A DNA stretch of 64,000 nt, taken from assembly GCF_030144855.1 (NCBI RefSeq), contig NC_082709.1, positions 28,644,001 through 28,708,000 on the forward strand. Reading direction: 5' to 3'. Below the pieces are notes generated by a model. That model was not told where the DNA came from, searched no databases, and saw only the letters and a list, made by a program, of their open reading frames with translations. Below are positions 50,323 to 63,079 of the stretch, one piece after another (positions within the stretch are counted from its first letter, which is position 1; every line of letters begins with the position of its first letter). The DNA is from Hypanus sabinus (lineage: Eukaryota). The translations under genes were made by a program, and so were the position numbers.

Positions 50323-52379
50323 CTTGCTCTGGAGATTAAAAAAAAATCAGAACAGTTCTTAAACCACGTAATTTACACAAAATACCTGCCACAATATATT
50401 CGAATCACTTAGAACACAGTAATTTTCACATTTATTATATAGCCAGAAAGTGAAGCATTTTGATATGTTGGTTTGAGATATATTCAAATGATGTAGTTAT
50501 TGAACTGGGTATTCTGAAGTTTAGTCAATATCTTCACTTTGACCTGCAATGTGTATTCACAAATGTACCATTCAAAGTTAAAAGCAAACGTGAAACCATA
50601 TGCATGACTCAACTGGTGATAGTAAACCTTCTGAACACGTTTGCACATGCAGTCAGTTGGATGTTGTAAGGTCCGACCATGAATAAATAGGCTGCCTTAG
50701 TGTTGCAGGTTTATTTCTCTATATACTGCCTTGCAAGATTGTTACTTTGTGTAAAGTAAATTGTTTACATTATTGGTATTTTTATTGATTTTTGTGTGAT
50801 GACAATGAGAATGTACGGTAGCATGTTTGACACAGGTCCTCAATTGGTGGAATTTGCACAATTTATGCCTCAGGTTGAAAGGTTGCAGTTGCTGCTATGT
50901 AACTTTGTGCCTATCTACAATTCTTTTACTAATAATAGTAAATATGATACTTGGATACTCTACCTCCATTATATACTACTGTAAGTTAAGTAAAATGTGA
51001 TCATGTTGTATTCTGCTTTATTATATGAATTGTCTTAAAAGCCTATAATTTTTAATCTGTGTCAGGAAATGATTTGTCAGCTTTCATATTGTTCTTGTAC
51101 AATTAATGTCCAAGGTTGAGAAAGTAAACACAAATTTGGAATAAAATATATTAGATTATTTACTTACTGTTCCAATTATTTTATTCTTACTCTCTCCAAT
51201 TGCAATACTTAATTAGGCCAAATTATTAGAAAAGACATTTGAAATTTAACTCAAGGAAGAAAATCTTTGGCAATTCAACGCAAATTTGAAACACAAGGTA
51301 CAGCTCCATAGAGCTTACAGCCCTGTCAACTAAATTAGCAAAGAGGACTGCAGTCTGCAACATATAATTGAAGTGTGGATGACTTCCATAAAGTGAAATC
51401 AATGTATTACTTTAACTTACGTTGTTATTGATATTTTAATATTTATTTAAGCAATATTTATTTGAAGAATATAGGACATTTGCTTTCTCTCCAAAGGCAG
51501 GAAAGAGAAGCAAGCTTTTGCATTATTAACAAGTTATAATGAATCCACTTGGATGGAACATCTTCGCTCAGCACATTTCTCTGCACTGATCAATACACTT
51601 AGTAAAGGGAAACATTCATTTCACTTCCTGAGCAATTTAAGAAAAGGTGTTCATTTTCTAGATTTTTATAGCACGTGCTTGAACGTTTTGATGATGAGGT
51701 CAATGAGCCTGGCCGAAATCCTTCAGTTATAGACACAGGTTCCCCATCCTTGGTACTCGTCAGAAAAAAACAAGTTCATTGGCAGCAGAAACATAAATTA
51801 CTTCGAAAGAAAAGAAATCAACTCACAATTGTAAAAAGGTGTGTTATAAAATGAACAGTTTTGCTGTGAGTATCAAACGGCAGTTGTATAATCTGCTAAA
51901 ATTACACTATCAATTTTACTTGTATCTTTTTCATGATTATTCGCAGACAGCTGTATTTGAATTACCACTTACATTGGCAGCTTGCTGTGGATGTTGCTGC
52001 ATCAATGTTTAATATACAGCTGTATCTATATTTAAAGCACAACCATTTAATTAGACAATTGAATCTGTTTACATCGTCACTGGTTGGTTATGCAGGTGAT
52101 GATGGAGATGATGACAATAATTTCGGGCAATGATAATCGATATGCTTGACCTAAATTGAAATTGAGTGTGTAGGTAGAGCATCAAAGGAAAATAAGTTGA
52201 GATAAGTAAAAGAACTTGTTTTTATACAACACCTTTCTTTCGACCTCATACGCCGGCGGTGAAGTGCTTTTGAAATATATGAACGATGACAAAGCATTTA
52301 CACGTCCACACATGTCAATATCTTTTAAGGTTAACTTTTCAACAAGCTTGTGATTATCAGTACGTCCTTGCATAAGTCT

Positions 52380-52624
52380 AACATCTTTTGTTAGGTTCAA
52401 TTTCAACGTGTATTTAAAATGTGTCTTTTTCCCGCAACGACGAAGAAAATTAGTCAATTTTAACACTAATTGCTTACATCGCGAAGCACCGTTATTATCA
52501 ATACGCACAATGCGTCCAACATCTTTTTTTTAGACTCAATTTCAAAGCGTATTTAAACCTGTGGGCTTTTTTTCTAAACAACTAAGATAATTAGTTATTT
52601 TTCAACATCAATTGCTTAAATCGC
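52380..52624. repeat. Diverged tandem duplication, ~138-bp period
   Basis: AACATCTTTT..TTAG..TCAATTTCAA..GTATTTAAA...AATTAGT...AATTGCTTA.ATCGC at 52380-52482 and 52518-52624. Confidence 0.8.
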
Positions 52625-53473
52625 AATATTCCGTAAGGTTTTGATTGCTGTTCTGTGTTTCTGTGTAATTCAAACAAATTGCATATTCTAGAACTACACA
52701 TGTTTCTAATAAAATCCGCAAAAGAAGACGCAATCAATATGCCAATATTTTACATCCAAATGTTTCGACCATTTGGTCCTACCAACTCAGTGTTAATTAC
52801 AGTTCCACTGAAATAATACACATCAGGTTCCTAGAAGCGGCATTTCAAAGACTGGCTGAAGTCGTAAATTTTACAATGACCTCCTTGGGAATCAACTTGG
52901 AAATCTTTGATATGAAATCCACGTTCCTTTGATGATGACTCGTAGGGGACGGTCGTTGTACTTTCTACGCCCAGGGAAATTATTCGTCTAAAAGATGATT
53001 GCATATAATATTTATTTAGTTTTTAGCAAAACATGTGTTACACCCAGACCGGGATAGTGATTTTAAAATTTGGTGCTTTTGGGGAGTATAAGTAAGTGAT
53101 GCTCGTTTACGCCTCGGGAGATGGCATATCCTGGTGCGATTGCATGTTATAAACTAGCAGGTCTTTTGTCTTGTCCCTTGCTGTTAGGCGCCTATTGTTC
53201 GCTTTTATCTTATCGTACCTCTGATCCCAGTCGTGATTACTCCCCAAAGCTCCTGAAGACGTGGGGGATGCTCGGCATTTTATTAGCACAATGCGAAAAT
53301 TGTTCGTTACTGTGACTGTATTGTAAAGGGCCACAATACTCGTTTGCACTTGTTTGATATCCCGTTTTACTTCTGCTCACAGCGGAAGGACTATTCAATA
53401 TTTACTCTGCCTGAATGGGGTTGTGAAAGGGTGAACCATAGCAGGCATCCCACCGACCCCACCCCCAGAACCA

Positions 53474-53490
53474 GGTTCACTGAAAGTTCA
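53474..53490 (+). promoter_or_regulatory. DR5 RARE 3' of HoxD1
   Basis: GGTTCA-ctgaa-AGTTCA, one spacer base from the recalled Hoxa1 3' RARE (GGTTCAccgaaAGTTCA); 3.15 kb downstream of the stop. Confidence 0.85.
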
Positions 53491-54579
53491 TGAAAAAAAA
53501 TTACCCAGATCGATCCTTACTCTTCAAGGCTTCCGATTGTGATAGCTATTTCTCAGTCTTTTTAAAGTCAAAACTAACCCGTACGAAACATATGCTTATC
53601 TTTATTTAATGATTCTTTTTTTGCTTTTAATGTTTAAGGTAAATCAGTAAATTAAGGCGACGCGTTCATCTTGTCCTTAAAAAGACTCACGGGTCAAAGT
53701 TCACTGTGGCACCGCATAAATGAATATTTAACCTTATTTTCGGGCTGACGCACAATTAATATGCCGCCAATGCATTGCGTTGGTGGAAGGGCGTATCACA
53801 TGGGCTGTTCGCTAATTTCGATTAATTTTGAGGATTGTAGTCCATCATAAAATATTTATCTAAATTGTTGTATATTGAAAGGTTAATCAGATAATACTAA
53901 AGTTTGTTACAATTAACTCATATCACATGGAGTGCATATTTCAGTCAGCGCTGGAGGGATACCAATGTTTCTGCGAAATTTACTGCTAACAAAAATAATG
54001 CAATAAAGAAGCCCTCTGGCAAAGAAAGAATTGTCGCAGTGGAATATTGGATAGCCTCAGTCTATGGCAGTCATTCTCCATTTTGATTTGAGTTAATCAG
54101 TGTGCCCGAATATAAACATGGTCCGCGCATTCAAGGGCCCATTTTTTGTCGTTTTTGCCTCCTGGTGTAGGCGATTACCAACAAACACATCTCCTCCTCC
54201 TCCTCCTCTTTCGGCATTCCGGAGGAACCTTTCTCCTCGCATTCTCGCCAGTCCGTTCTTCAATCATTTGGGTCCTCGTGTGGCATCATCTGCTGAGACG
54301 GAACATCTGATACCGTGTATCCTAACTTTTCAACTGTCAAGGACCGAACAGTACTATACGATGAGCAAAGATATATCGCTACTTGTTCCGCCTTCGATTT
54401 GTGCACGTGGCCCTTGACATGGTCAACGGGCCAAATGGTGCAGTTCAGCTCCTATGTATAATGGTCTCTTCTACAGCATGGAGAATAAACACCTTACAGA
54501 GGACCTGTGCCAGCACTCTCAACTCTATATCGTCAACAGCAACTATTGTGCCCGTAAGATTCAGGATAAGTGTCAAAAA

Positions 54580-55030
54580 GTGACAGAGCACGGATACAGG
54601 GCTTCGGCCCCTTGTGTCTTTACCGACCATCAAGTACCCATCTATACTAATTGGATTTCCCACATTGACCCTTTGCCTTCTATACCGTGACAGCTCAAGC
54701 GCTCGTCAAAATACTCCTTAAATATTAAGAGACTACCTGCTCCTGATACCACCCCTTTCCCCTCAGGCGCGCCCTCCGGACGGTCTGCTTTAGATTTTAA
54801 TGCTTGCAGGGTGAAAAAGAATTTTCATGGAGTTCCATTTCAATCTCCTGCCCTGAAATTAAATCCTCTGGTTTTAAGGGTAGGGGGAAAGGTTCGTCCG
54901 TATCTACCCTCGTAATTTGGTATAACACGGTTATTTTCCCCTCAGCTCCCTAAGCTCTATGTGAAACAAGGCCAGTCTATTCAAATTCCCTCCATTCTGG
55001 AATGCTTCATCCGAAACAAAATGTATTGAA
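54580..55030 (-). mobile_element. Decayed CR1-type LINE 3' fragment
   Basis: ACAGGGCTTCGGCCC...CGACCATCAAGTACCCATCTATACTAAT...GGGTGAAAAAG is the reverse complement of a typical chondrichthyan CR1 3' end. Confidence 0.65.
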
Positions 55031-55249
55031 GAACAGCACTACACCTTTCACTTGGGCACTACCGGACTTTCCACTGAATTTAACAATTCCCCGTGAATCC
55101 TGTCCGATTGTTCTCTACTTAACAGAGATTAGTAATAATTCTACTTCAGAATCATCATTCGTTTCTTTTATCTTTTCACACTTTGACTCGTTCCGTTTTT
55201 ATTTTAAGGAGTTCTGCCTTGGACCCTTCTCACGCACCTGCTCTTTCTA

Positions 55250-55410
55250 CATTTCTTCAAATTTGCCTCTCTTTGCATCTGTACTTGTTTACAAGCCGTA
55301 AGAGCTCTGCTATTCTGCAGCTCCGATGAAAGGACATAAACCTAGTGTGCCTCTCCTTCCAAGATACAGACTGACCGCTGAGCATTTAGGGCATTTTTGT
55401 TTTGCTCTTA
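55250..55410 (+). mobile_element. Decayed Penelope-like terminal repeat
   Basis: CTCCGATGAAAGG...GACTGACCGCTGAGCATTT...GCATTTTTGTTTTGCT resembles the better-preserved copy at 63350-63480. Confidence 0.45.
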
Positions 55411-55964
55411 TGAACACGTCAGTGTGTTTCTCAGAATGAAACCATTGGCGTGTGAGTATCTGATGACTAACTTCGCCCGGGAACTAGCAGAAGAAAGACC
55501 TTATTGGGTGCGTGTTGTTCTAACGTATTAATTATCCGCGTGACAACTGCTGGCCAATAACGCTCAGCGCTTGCTTGTGTTGATGTTTATTGGAATATAA
55601 TTCTTTGTTGGGCAGTCCTATTTACCTCATTGTGTTCCATTACGTTTTATTTCAGATAATACTGTTACAGGGACTGCAGGAAATTCAATGTTTTGACTAT
55701 TATTAACTTAATTTTGCTCGTCGTCATCTTACATTTTAAACCTTTTGAGGATGTAAAACTTCACGCAATGCTAGATAACATGAATGAATTAGAATTATGC
55801 GAATTTTGACGAAATATAAACCATTACAAAATGTATAGGCAAAGAGATCATAGATTTGGAAAACGGAGTTAAGAATTCCCTTTAGCACTACGGGAATTAC
55901 AGAGGCGAAGTGTATGTATTTTATTGAACGTCACCCGTTCATCCTATAGTTATGTGCTCAGGCA

Positions 55965-56150
55965 TAGGAATCGGAATCAGGTTTATTATGAATAACATAT
56001 CGCGAAATTTGTTGTTTTGCGGTAGCATTATCTTGCAACACCACAAGTTACAATACAGATATATTAAAAATAATGCAAAGAGAGAGAGAGAGCAACACTG
56101 TGAGGTAGTGCTCCTGGGCTAAGAAATTCACCGTTAAGAAATCTAATGAC
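55965..56150 (-). mobile_element. LINE 3' tail fragment
   Basis: GGAATCGGAATCAGGTTTATT (short-repeat tail plus AATAAA on - strand), GAAATTTGTTGTTTTGCGG...GTGAGGTAGTG; recalled as a common elasmobranch repeat. Confidence 0.55.
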
Positions 56151-58394
56151 ATTTAATAGTCGTAAAGAAAACATCGATCGTACTGAGGTTTAAGCCACAT
56201 TACTAAGCGAAGAACATATTGTTTTTCTTCTCTGAGAGGCTTTCTAATCTTAAAAAACACCGCCAATAATTGAATGAGGAAGTCTTCAAGCTTCAATTGT
56301 TTTGGTCACGTTGTAATAAATCAAAAAGAAGATTTGCTTTTAAGATTTAGTTAAATTTGAGAGTAGATTTAGATAAAATAACAATGAATATTTCTGTCTT
56401 TGCGTCACAAATTTTGTTTAGATTCCTGGCAGGCTGACCTAACGAATACAAATCCCGCTTATGTTTGACTTGGTTAGAAAAGTATTAATTGCAGATTAAA
56501 TAACATTTTAAATGATAGATACTATTTCGCTGATACTTTAAAATAATTTTAGTATTCTAAAAACGCTGGAAGGTGAATAAAACAAATAGCGGTGGAACTG
56601 CCACATTCCATGTAACTGTGCTCATTATGCTTGCAAACGCCCGTTCTTTCTATCTCAAATGTTCCATCAGAAACTTATATCTTAGAAATTCATTGGTATA
56701 AATCACTAGATTGTATTGAAAATTGAAAAATTATGCTTGAAATAGACAATGAATGGCGGGGGGGGGGGGAATCGCTGCATGTTTTCTGCACACTACAGAA
56801 TATTAGTAGATCTCGCGTGCACTAATCAACTTTTTTTTTCTGTGCGCCCGGCGCGTGTAGGTATGTACATCAGGTAGCGACAAAACCTGCAGAAAAAGAG
56901 TACAACGGAAATACAGAGAAATGGCGGCTCGTCTAATAGTGGATCCTAGAGCACTATTAATAAAATTCTGCATTCAATAAGTTTCATATTTTCTTTAGCA
57001 AATTGTCTCTTTGGGGAATCGAAAACAGCGCCATTATTCGGAGGAAATAGGAAAGTGAACCAGATCTATTGTATTTGCCACTTGATAGTAGGGCTTAAAT
57101 TACCCATCTTCCTTTCCCTTTTGGGGGAAGATGGCTTGATAGCTGAATAACGACATTTCCTTGGAATAGCGCGCCCATCTATAAATAAACGGTACATCAG
57201 AATATATTCTTATTTAACTAGTCAGCTTTAAAAATTGGCCTATAAATTATTTTGAATTATATAGTCTGTCATTAAAGAGTTGTTAATTTAAACAAGATCA
57301 AACAATGCCGGAATAGCCTATATTTGGTGAGCATGCTGTCGAGTTTTCGTTTCTAAGGCACGTTTAATATTTAAAAGTTGAAAGGATTGAATATATTAAC
57401 TGCCGATTCATATTTCAGTTATAGTCTATTCAATGAGACACAATATTTTGGGTGAAAAAGGACTGCTTGGAGTATTTGGATAGAGCATGACTTACCGGCG
57501 CTAACACTGGTTGAAATTCAGTGCTGACGGAAGAAATTAATTTGTCAGTGTCAGTGCCCTAAGTGAGATTGGGCAGTCTCAATCTAGTAACTAGCTAACG
57601 TGGGCCTGCGGCACCAAACTCTCCAGTTTGGTACTAATTGACAGTTTCTTTCAGAGAAACCACATAGCTGGTGCGGTAAATTTGTAAACAAATCACGTCA
57701 CTACAACGCCGCATGTTGTTCGGGACAAATAGAACCGAGCTTTGTACACGACCTGGAAGTGTTTGATGATGACACCGGACGCCTGAAGTGGAATCAATTT
57801 AATATCTCAGCTGAAAGATGCAATCCAGTGATCCGATTTATATCTGCAGCTCTTAATAGTAGTAAGAAACGTAATTTTCCCCAGCTTACATTTCGCCTAT
57901 TGCTTCAAATACGCGCTTTAATGCATTGTCCATCATTCAAAAAATATTCCAGTTCTAAAGTGTATTAAGCGCATTTTACCATTACAAGCATTAGCATCTT
58001 TTCGAATGTTCCAGCTTCTAAAAGAATGAAGATTTACATTCCTAACTACATTTACACTTTATTTTCTCAACGAACCGAAACCTTAATGAAAGTAATTTCC
58101 AAGTACACGAAATGTAAAGCAGTTCGTGTAAATCATAGAATTACATATAAAATATATTGGCTACTGTTACCTCTGAAATGCTATTCTTTTGGGGTTGTTT
58201 GGCTTAATCTTAAAATGTATTCTCCTCCACCCCCTCAACACCCGGAATGTGTAGTCATGTATGGATCGTGACAATTTTGACCGGTTCTGTTTAATTCTAT
58301 CTAATGCGTTGAGTTCAAATACTTGGAGTTTCGAAATTATAATAGCATTAACAAATTATAAGTAATCATTATTTACTCGTCACTTAATTAGTTT

Positions 58395-58671
58395 GACAGA
58401 AGGCCACTCAGCGCCGTCTCTTAGAAAACAATTATCGAGTCCCCTCCACCCACACCCATTCCCCATAGATTTGCAAATTCTCCTCCACCTTATTCCCTCT
58501 TGAAGTCCAAAATGTGAACATGCCAGACTTTCAGGTAGTGCATTCCTGATTTCAGCCCTACGCTGTGTATTTTCTCATATCAGTTCTCTTCCCCTTTAGT
58601 TCATATGCACTATCACTAGACCTGTATCCCTCTATCAACGGGAAAAGCCCTCTAGACCCTTCATCTTTCAA
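58395..58671 (-). mobile_element. Old CR1-type LINE, 3' part (interrupted by the Rex1/Babar insertion)
   Basis: GAAGGCCACTCAGC...TTCCCCATAG...TTTCAGGTAGTGCATTCC matches a reverse-strand CR1 3' region; continues after 61616. Confidence 0.55.
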
Positions 58672-61615
58672 TGTGCTTCTGGGTGGACTCCAAGCCGGGC
58701 TGAAACGCAGAGGAATGAGACCCGTTCTATGCAGCATCTTGTTCTATGTCGCTGGAGAACAACACTGAGGACCTAAGAGCAAGATTAGTGTATCGGAAAG
58801 AAATGAGGAATTGTTGTGTTCTGTGTTTCACGGAGACATGGCTCACTCCGGACATTCCAGCTGCATCTGTAAGACCCGAAGGCTTCTCGATAGACAAGAT
58901 GGACTGAACTGCTAATTCGGAAAAAGCAAAAGGTGAGTGTGTGTTTGCATTGATAAACTTTATGTGGAGCTCCGATGAGGCGGTTTTGTGGTAGACGTGT
59001 TGCCCTGACATAACTAACGTTCAAGTGCCGACCATTCTATTTATGAGAGTTCTCCGCCGTGATCTTGACCGCAGATTACGTAATACCGGTAATCAGGATT
59101 TGAGTTATTCAATGCTGCCATCACCAAACAAGAAACAGTCCAGCCCGATGCATATCAAATTGTAACAGGGGGCTTCAGTCAGTCTTGTTTGAATGAATCT
59201 CTACTCAAATAGTCCCAACACACTAAACCACTGCTATACTCCGATAAGGAATGTTTGCTGTTCCATGCCCGGACTGCGTTTCGGGAAATCTGATCACCTG
59301 ACTGTCCTTCTACTGCCTACATACAGGTAGGGGCTAAAAAGCAAAGCTCCAGGGATAAGAAGCTGAAGGCAGAGGAGTGGTTACGGGATTGCTTCGAGTC
59401 GGTGTACTGCGACGTGTTCAAGGCTCATCAGAGGATCTGAATGAATACGCCATGGTTGTCACGACTTTATCAAGTCCGTCGTAATCGAGAGCGTCCCCAT
59501 AAAATCATTCCTAGTCTTCGCCAACTAGAGGCGCGGATGAACCATAAGATCGGCAACATGCTGTGGGCCAGATCTGAGGATTTCAAACCTGGTGGCCAGG
59601 AAAGTTAGGAGAGGTACGACCTCCGGAAGGCTATCTCACGGGCGAAGTAGCAATTCTAGTCTAAACTTGATTCACCGAAGGGCTCAACAGCTGTGGCAGG
59701 GGCTCAAAATGCTACTACCTCTTATAAGGTGTAACCAAATGGCATAGGTGACAACTGGGCTTCACTTCCAGATTATTTCAATATCTTCCAAACCCGCGTT
59801 GACCGTCAAAACAAGGAGGAATCTTCAAGAACTCCCTTGCACCCGATGACCCTGTGATTTTAGTCTCTGAGGCCGCCGTAAGAGGATAACTCAGGAGGAT
59901 GAACCGCCGGAAAGCATCCGGCCCAGAAGGGGTAGCTGGCCGAGTACTAAAGAGCAGCGCTAACCGACTGGCTGGAGTGTTCACCGATATCTTTAACCTC
60001 TCGCTTCGATAGTCTGAGGTACCCTCCTGCTTCAAGTAGACTTCAATTACTTCGGTGCCTAAGAAGAACGTTGTAGCTTGCCTCAGTGTTAATCGTCTAT
60101 CAACACTGACAGTCACCATGGTCAAGTGATTTGAGAGGTTGGCAAGGAAACATATCAACTCCTGCCTGAGAAGGGAATTGAATCCGCTCCTATTTGCCTA
60201 TCGGTACAACAGGTCCGCAGAAGATACCATTTCATTGGCTGTTCACTCAACCCAGGAACATCTGGGCAGCAAAAATGCATTGATCAGGATGATAGTTATT
60301 GACTTGAGGGCCTGGCATTCAATATCGAGATCGGCATTTCGATGCTCGGCATTCAATACTATCACCCCCTCAGAACTAATCAATAAGCCTCAAGACCTTG
60401 ACTCAATACCTTCTGGTGCAGTTGGTTCCTCGATTTCGTCACTTGCCGACCCCAAACAGTTCGACGACATCTGTGTTAGCCCCTTGCTCTGCTCGCTTTA
60501 TACCTCTGACCGTGACACTAAACGTAGCTCCAATGCCATAATTTAGGTTCGCTGATGACAGTACTATTATTGGCTGAAACAAAGGTTTCAGCATTAAGGA
60601 GGGAGATTGAAAATCTGTTTGAGTGGGTCACAACAACAACCTCTCACTTAATGTCAACAAGACCAAGGAGGAGGAACCCAGAGGTCCAAGAACAAGTCCA
60701 CATCGGGGAAATCAGAGGAGGAGTGGGTCAATCATTTTAAATTCCTCGCTGTTATCATGTCAGGACATCTCTCCTGAGCCCAATACCTAAGTGTAATTAC
60801 TAAAAAGGCACGACAGTTCCTCTGTTTCCTCAGAGGTTTGCTAGGGATTCGGCATTGCATCCAAAACTTTGACAAACTTCCCTAAATGTGTGATGGAGTG
60901 TATATTGACTAGTTGCATCATGGCCTGGTATGGAAACACCAATAGCCCTGAACAGAAAAACCTACAAAAAATAGCAGACAGGGCCCGGTCCATCCCAGGA
61001 AAAGCCCTCCCCACCACCTGAGCACATCTAGACAGAACGGTGTCGTAGGAAAGCAGCGTCCTTCATCAAGAACCCTCACCACCCAGGCCATGCTCTTCTC
61101 GTTGATGCCATCAGGAAGATGTTAAGTGAGCCTCAGGACCCACACGACTAGGTAGGGAAACAGTTATTAACATTCAATCATGAGGATCTTGAATCAGCAG
61201 GGATAACTTTTTTCAGCTTCATTCGCCGCATCACTGAACTGTTCTCACCTACGGGCAATACAAATAGCATTAAGGAAAATTTAATTTTCATTCTGGTCAC
61301 ATCAGACTGCACTACTTTTCTCTCAAAGGGTGACCCAACGGGTTAACCCGTTGTCTAGTTTATTTATAATTGTTTATTTCGCTTTGTACTGTTATAATCA
61401 TTACTATTATTTCCTTTTTTCTCTTTTGTATTTGCACAGTTTGTTGACTGTTGCACCTTGGTTGTTTGCCCATTCTGTTGGCTGTGATCTTTCATTGATT
61501 CGATTATATGTCTTGGATTTACTGAGTATGCCCGCAAGAAAACGAATCTTGGTGTTGTTTATTGTGACGTGTACTGCATGTACTTCGATAATAAATTGAC
61601 ATTGAACTTTGAACT
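58672..61615 (+). mobile_element. 5'-truncated, frameshifted Rex1/Babar-clade non-LTR retrotransposon (AP endonuclease + RT)
   Basis: CVLCFTETWL (endonuclease); [45 protein letters not shown] and SAFNTI (RT) with several stops; tail AATAAA..TTGAACTTTGAACT; flanked by direct repeat TCTTTCAA at 58664-58671 and 61616-61623. Confidence 0.88.
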
Positions 61616-61708
61616 TCTTTCAAATCTCTCCACAGTCTTCTTCTTTGAAGGAAATACACCCAACTTCTCCAAACTGTCTTGGTATCTGTACTCTTTCATC
61701 CCAAATTT

Positions 61709-61864
61709 GGATACGATGGGGTCTTCTAAAAGACTTTTAGATAGGTACATGGAGCTTAGTAAAGTAGAGGGCTATAGTAATTTCTAAGGTGGGGACATGT
61801 TCGGCACAACCTTGTGGGCCGAAGGACCTGTATTGTGTGTAGGTTTTCTATGTTTCTATGTTTC
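61709..61864 (+). mobile_element. Short CR1 (HER1-like) 3' end
   Basis: GATAGGTACATGG...GTGGGCCGAAGGACCTGTATTGTG...(TTTCTATG)n tail. Confidence 0.75.
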
Positions 61865-62170
61865 AATAACCATTCTTAAACCTTTCCTGGACTCTTAAGA
61901 CTCTCATGTCTGCAATAACGAAGTGACCAAGTTGGACACAAAGCTGAGACCGGTCTAAGTGTTTAAATACATCAGCATAACTTTCGCACGTGTTGTGTTC
62001 TATGTAAAACCCAGAACTGTGTTTATCTTATTAACCGCTTTCTCAACGTGTTCTGTCATTTTCAATTATTTGAGCTTTCATAATTCTGGATACTTCGATT
62101 CGCATCCTCTTTAGAACAATACCTATCATTCTATATAGTTTCTCATTATGCTTCGTCACCTCATTTGCCA
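61865..62170 (-). mobile_element. Old CR1-type LINE continuation
   Basis: GACCAAGTTGGACACAAA...CAGCATAACTT...CTTATTAACC matches the reverse-strand CR1 ORF2 end. Confidence 0.5.
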
Positions 62171-62399
62171 GGCGTCCTAGAAATGATGGCTTACACTCCC
62201 AATGGCTTTATCACTGATCTCTATGGATCGCCGCTCTTCTTTTCCCCCGAATCCGTGAAATATTGTGCTTCGCTGTTGTCAGCCAGTTCGCTAACTTCGT
62301 ACTCATGCCGTCAAATTTCCATCTTTGCATGAGTTTCAACATCTCTTTTTGCGATGCCTTACCAAAATTTAAAAAAAAAGCCAGTAGAAGCCACTTTTT

Positions 62400-62780
62400 C
62401 CCCTCTGAAATAGCAGGGTGAGGGTTCAAGTCCCACTGCAATACTGAGGGAACGAAGCATCCACGATGCATTCGTTTGGATTCACCAGTTAACGACATAC
62501 AGTGCACACAGCAAGTCCAATTCAAAAATATTCCTGTCTTCCCGGGGTCACTTGAAATAACGTTTGACACAATGTACGCGCATTCTCCTAATTATTATCA
62601 GTCAAGATTTGGAATTAAATCATAGATTTCAGAGCAAAGCACAAAAAAAGTTGGCTGTTGTTTATGGAACCTAACAATGACTATATTCGTTATTGATGTT
62701 CCTCACTTTACAACTGTACATCATTAGACTGTAGAAGCGCCATTAAAGAGATTGCGTAAATGCATATTAACAGTTCTTTT
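62400..62780 (+). mobile_element. Decayed DeuSINE/SacSINE1-like SINE
   Basis: B-box-like GGTTCAAGTCCCAC, then TACTGAGGGA, TCCCCGGGGTC, TTGGCTG and TCATTAGACTGTAGAAGCGC in the expected order. Confidence 0.5.
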
Positions 62781-63079
62781 CCATATGTAAATTATGTACA
62801 TTAATTTGCAATAACTAATTCAAATTGGCGATTTATTGTGTAAAGATTCTTTTCCGGAACATGTTCGTGTCATTCATCCTGAATAGAGTAGGTTTTGATG
62901 GACTGCAATCTTTTTCATTTATATGAGATGAAAACGAATCCCTAAGCATTTTACCATTCATTTGCTCCCTTTCCTCGAATTGCGGAGTATGCACAGATGA
63001 AGTTTGCTAATTGGATTTTTTCCCTCTGAAGCAAAAAAAATCTTTCTATTTCCTTCCAACCTGTTGGCATGAACATAGA

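Noticed and set aside
52182-52508. 108-aa minus-strand ORF
   Set aside because: Non-ATG start, no recognisable motif, overlaps the tandem duplication.
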